This document shows, one piece after another, positions 63,396 to 64,000 of a stretch of DNA of 64,000 bases. The stretch is from Pseudogymnoascus verrucosus (lineage: Eukaryota): the NCBI GenBank assembly GCA_001662655.1, contig KV460249.1. One strand, 5' to 3'. A program made the translations under genes and the position numbers. The notes under the pieces were generated by a model, which was given only the letters and a program-made list of their open reading frames with translations, was not told the DNA's origin and did no database searches. The first letter of the stretch is position 1, and each line of letters opens with the position of its first letter.

Positions 63396-64000
63396 AAGCT
63401 TGAATATAGTTCGTTTAGGTTCGGAGGTTTAGTTCTATCGCTAAATCACACGATCTTCATAAATGTAATCACTACTCTATATTCTGCCAGTGACTTAGCC
63501 TCTTAAGGTTTGTTTGGGGTCTATGGTCGTATGCAGTAGATACACAGCCGGTTGACAATAAGTACCAGTATACCGTTAAAATGGTATACAAACAATAGTT
63601 GAAGATCGCGCCGAGTGTGGTGACTAACGAAGGGGAAAACGGAGGGAACACCGAGAGTATAGCGGAGGAGAGGAGTTAGTGGGGAGAGTGGGGAGAGTGG
63701 GGATAGTGGGATTGGTAATGCGTTGTTGGGGGAGCTGGGGGAAGATACGGATGAGGGATGGAAGGAGTGGATGGAGGATGATGAGTTTTAAAACAGGGGG
63801 GATCCTGAGTCTCTGGTGGTGAAATATCAACATAGGAGGAGTTCATAGTGTGGATGGAGAGATGGTCTTTATAAGAGCTGGATCGCTTTCTGGTGCGGAT
63901 GGGATAGGATCTTTACAATGGCGTTCTAATGACAATAGTAGTATTTACAGCAACTGTTATTAGAATAGAGCAACTGTTATCAACACGAAGGCGTTTAAAT

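Noticed and set aside
63600..64000. ORFs and the 12-bp direct repeat AGCAACTGTTAT at the right edge
   Set aside because: Low complexity, with too little context to support a feature.

Overview
This is eukaryotic genomic DNA from a filamentous ascomycete, judged from short GT-AG introns with CTAAC branch points and Pezizomycotina-type proteins. No prokaryotic features, rRNA, tRNA or CRISPR arrays are visible. The first ~40 kb is a compact housekeeping block: CWC15, RRP45, PDS5, a GPI-type wall protein, CEG1, SGF73, ITC1, SNF5, a cdb4/PA2G4 homolog, a kinase pseudogene, TIP41, Aurora kinase, ATP23, PRO1 and a NiCoT nickel transporter. The last ~24 kb is a nutrient-acquisition block: GH92, a Rieske protein, a DUF829-like protein, a Zn2Cys6 TF, a sugar porter divergent from an intracellular GH5, two ACS-family MFS transporters, a methionine permease and an F-box-like protein. 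The most notable unannotated signal is a tandem pair of ~100-nt imperfect hairpins (15879-15978 and 16224-16323). They share an identical 23-nt 3' arm and show compensatory changes in the lower stem, making them a candidate microRNA-like or structured ncRNA locus. Also seen are an 84-bp Mutator-like miniature element with a 9-bp TSD, a TTAA-flanked palindrome, a GC-AG intron in TIP41, an apparent frameshift in RRP45 and a Cys-containing uORF over the methionine permease start. All gene models were spliced by eye, and family calls come from motif recognition, not database searches.
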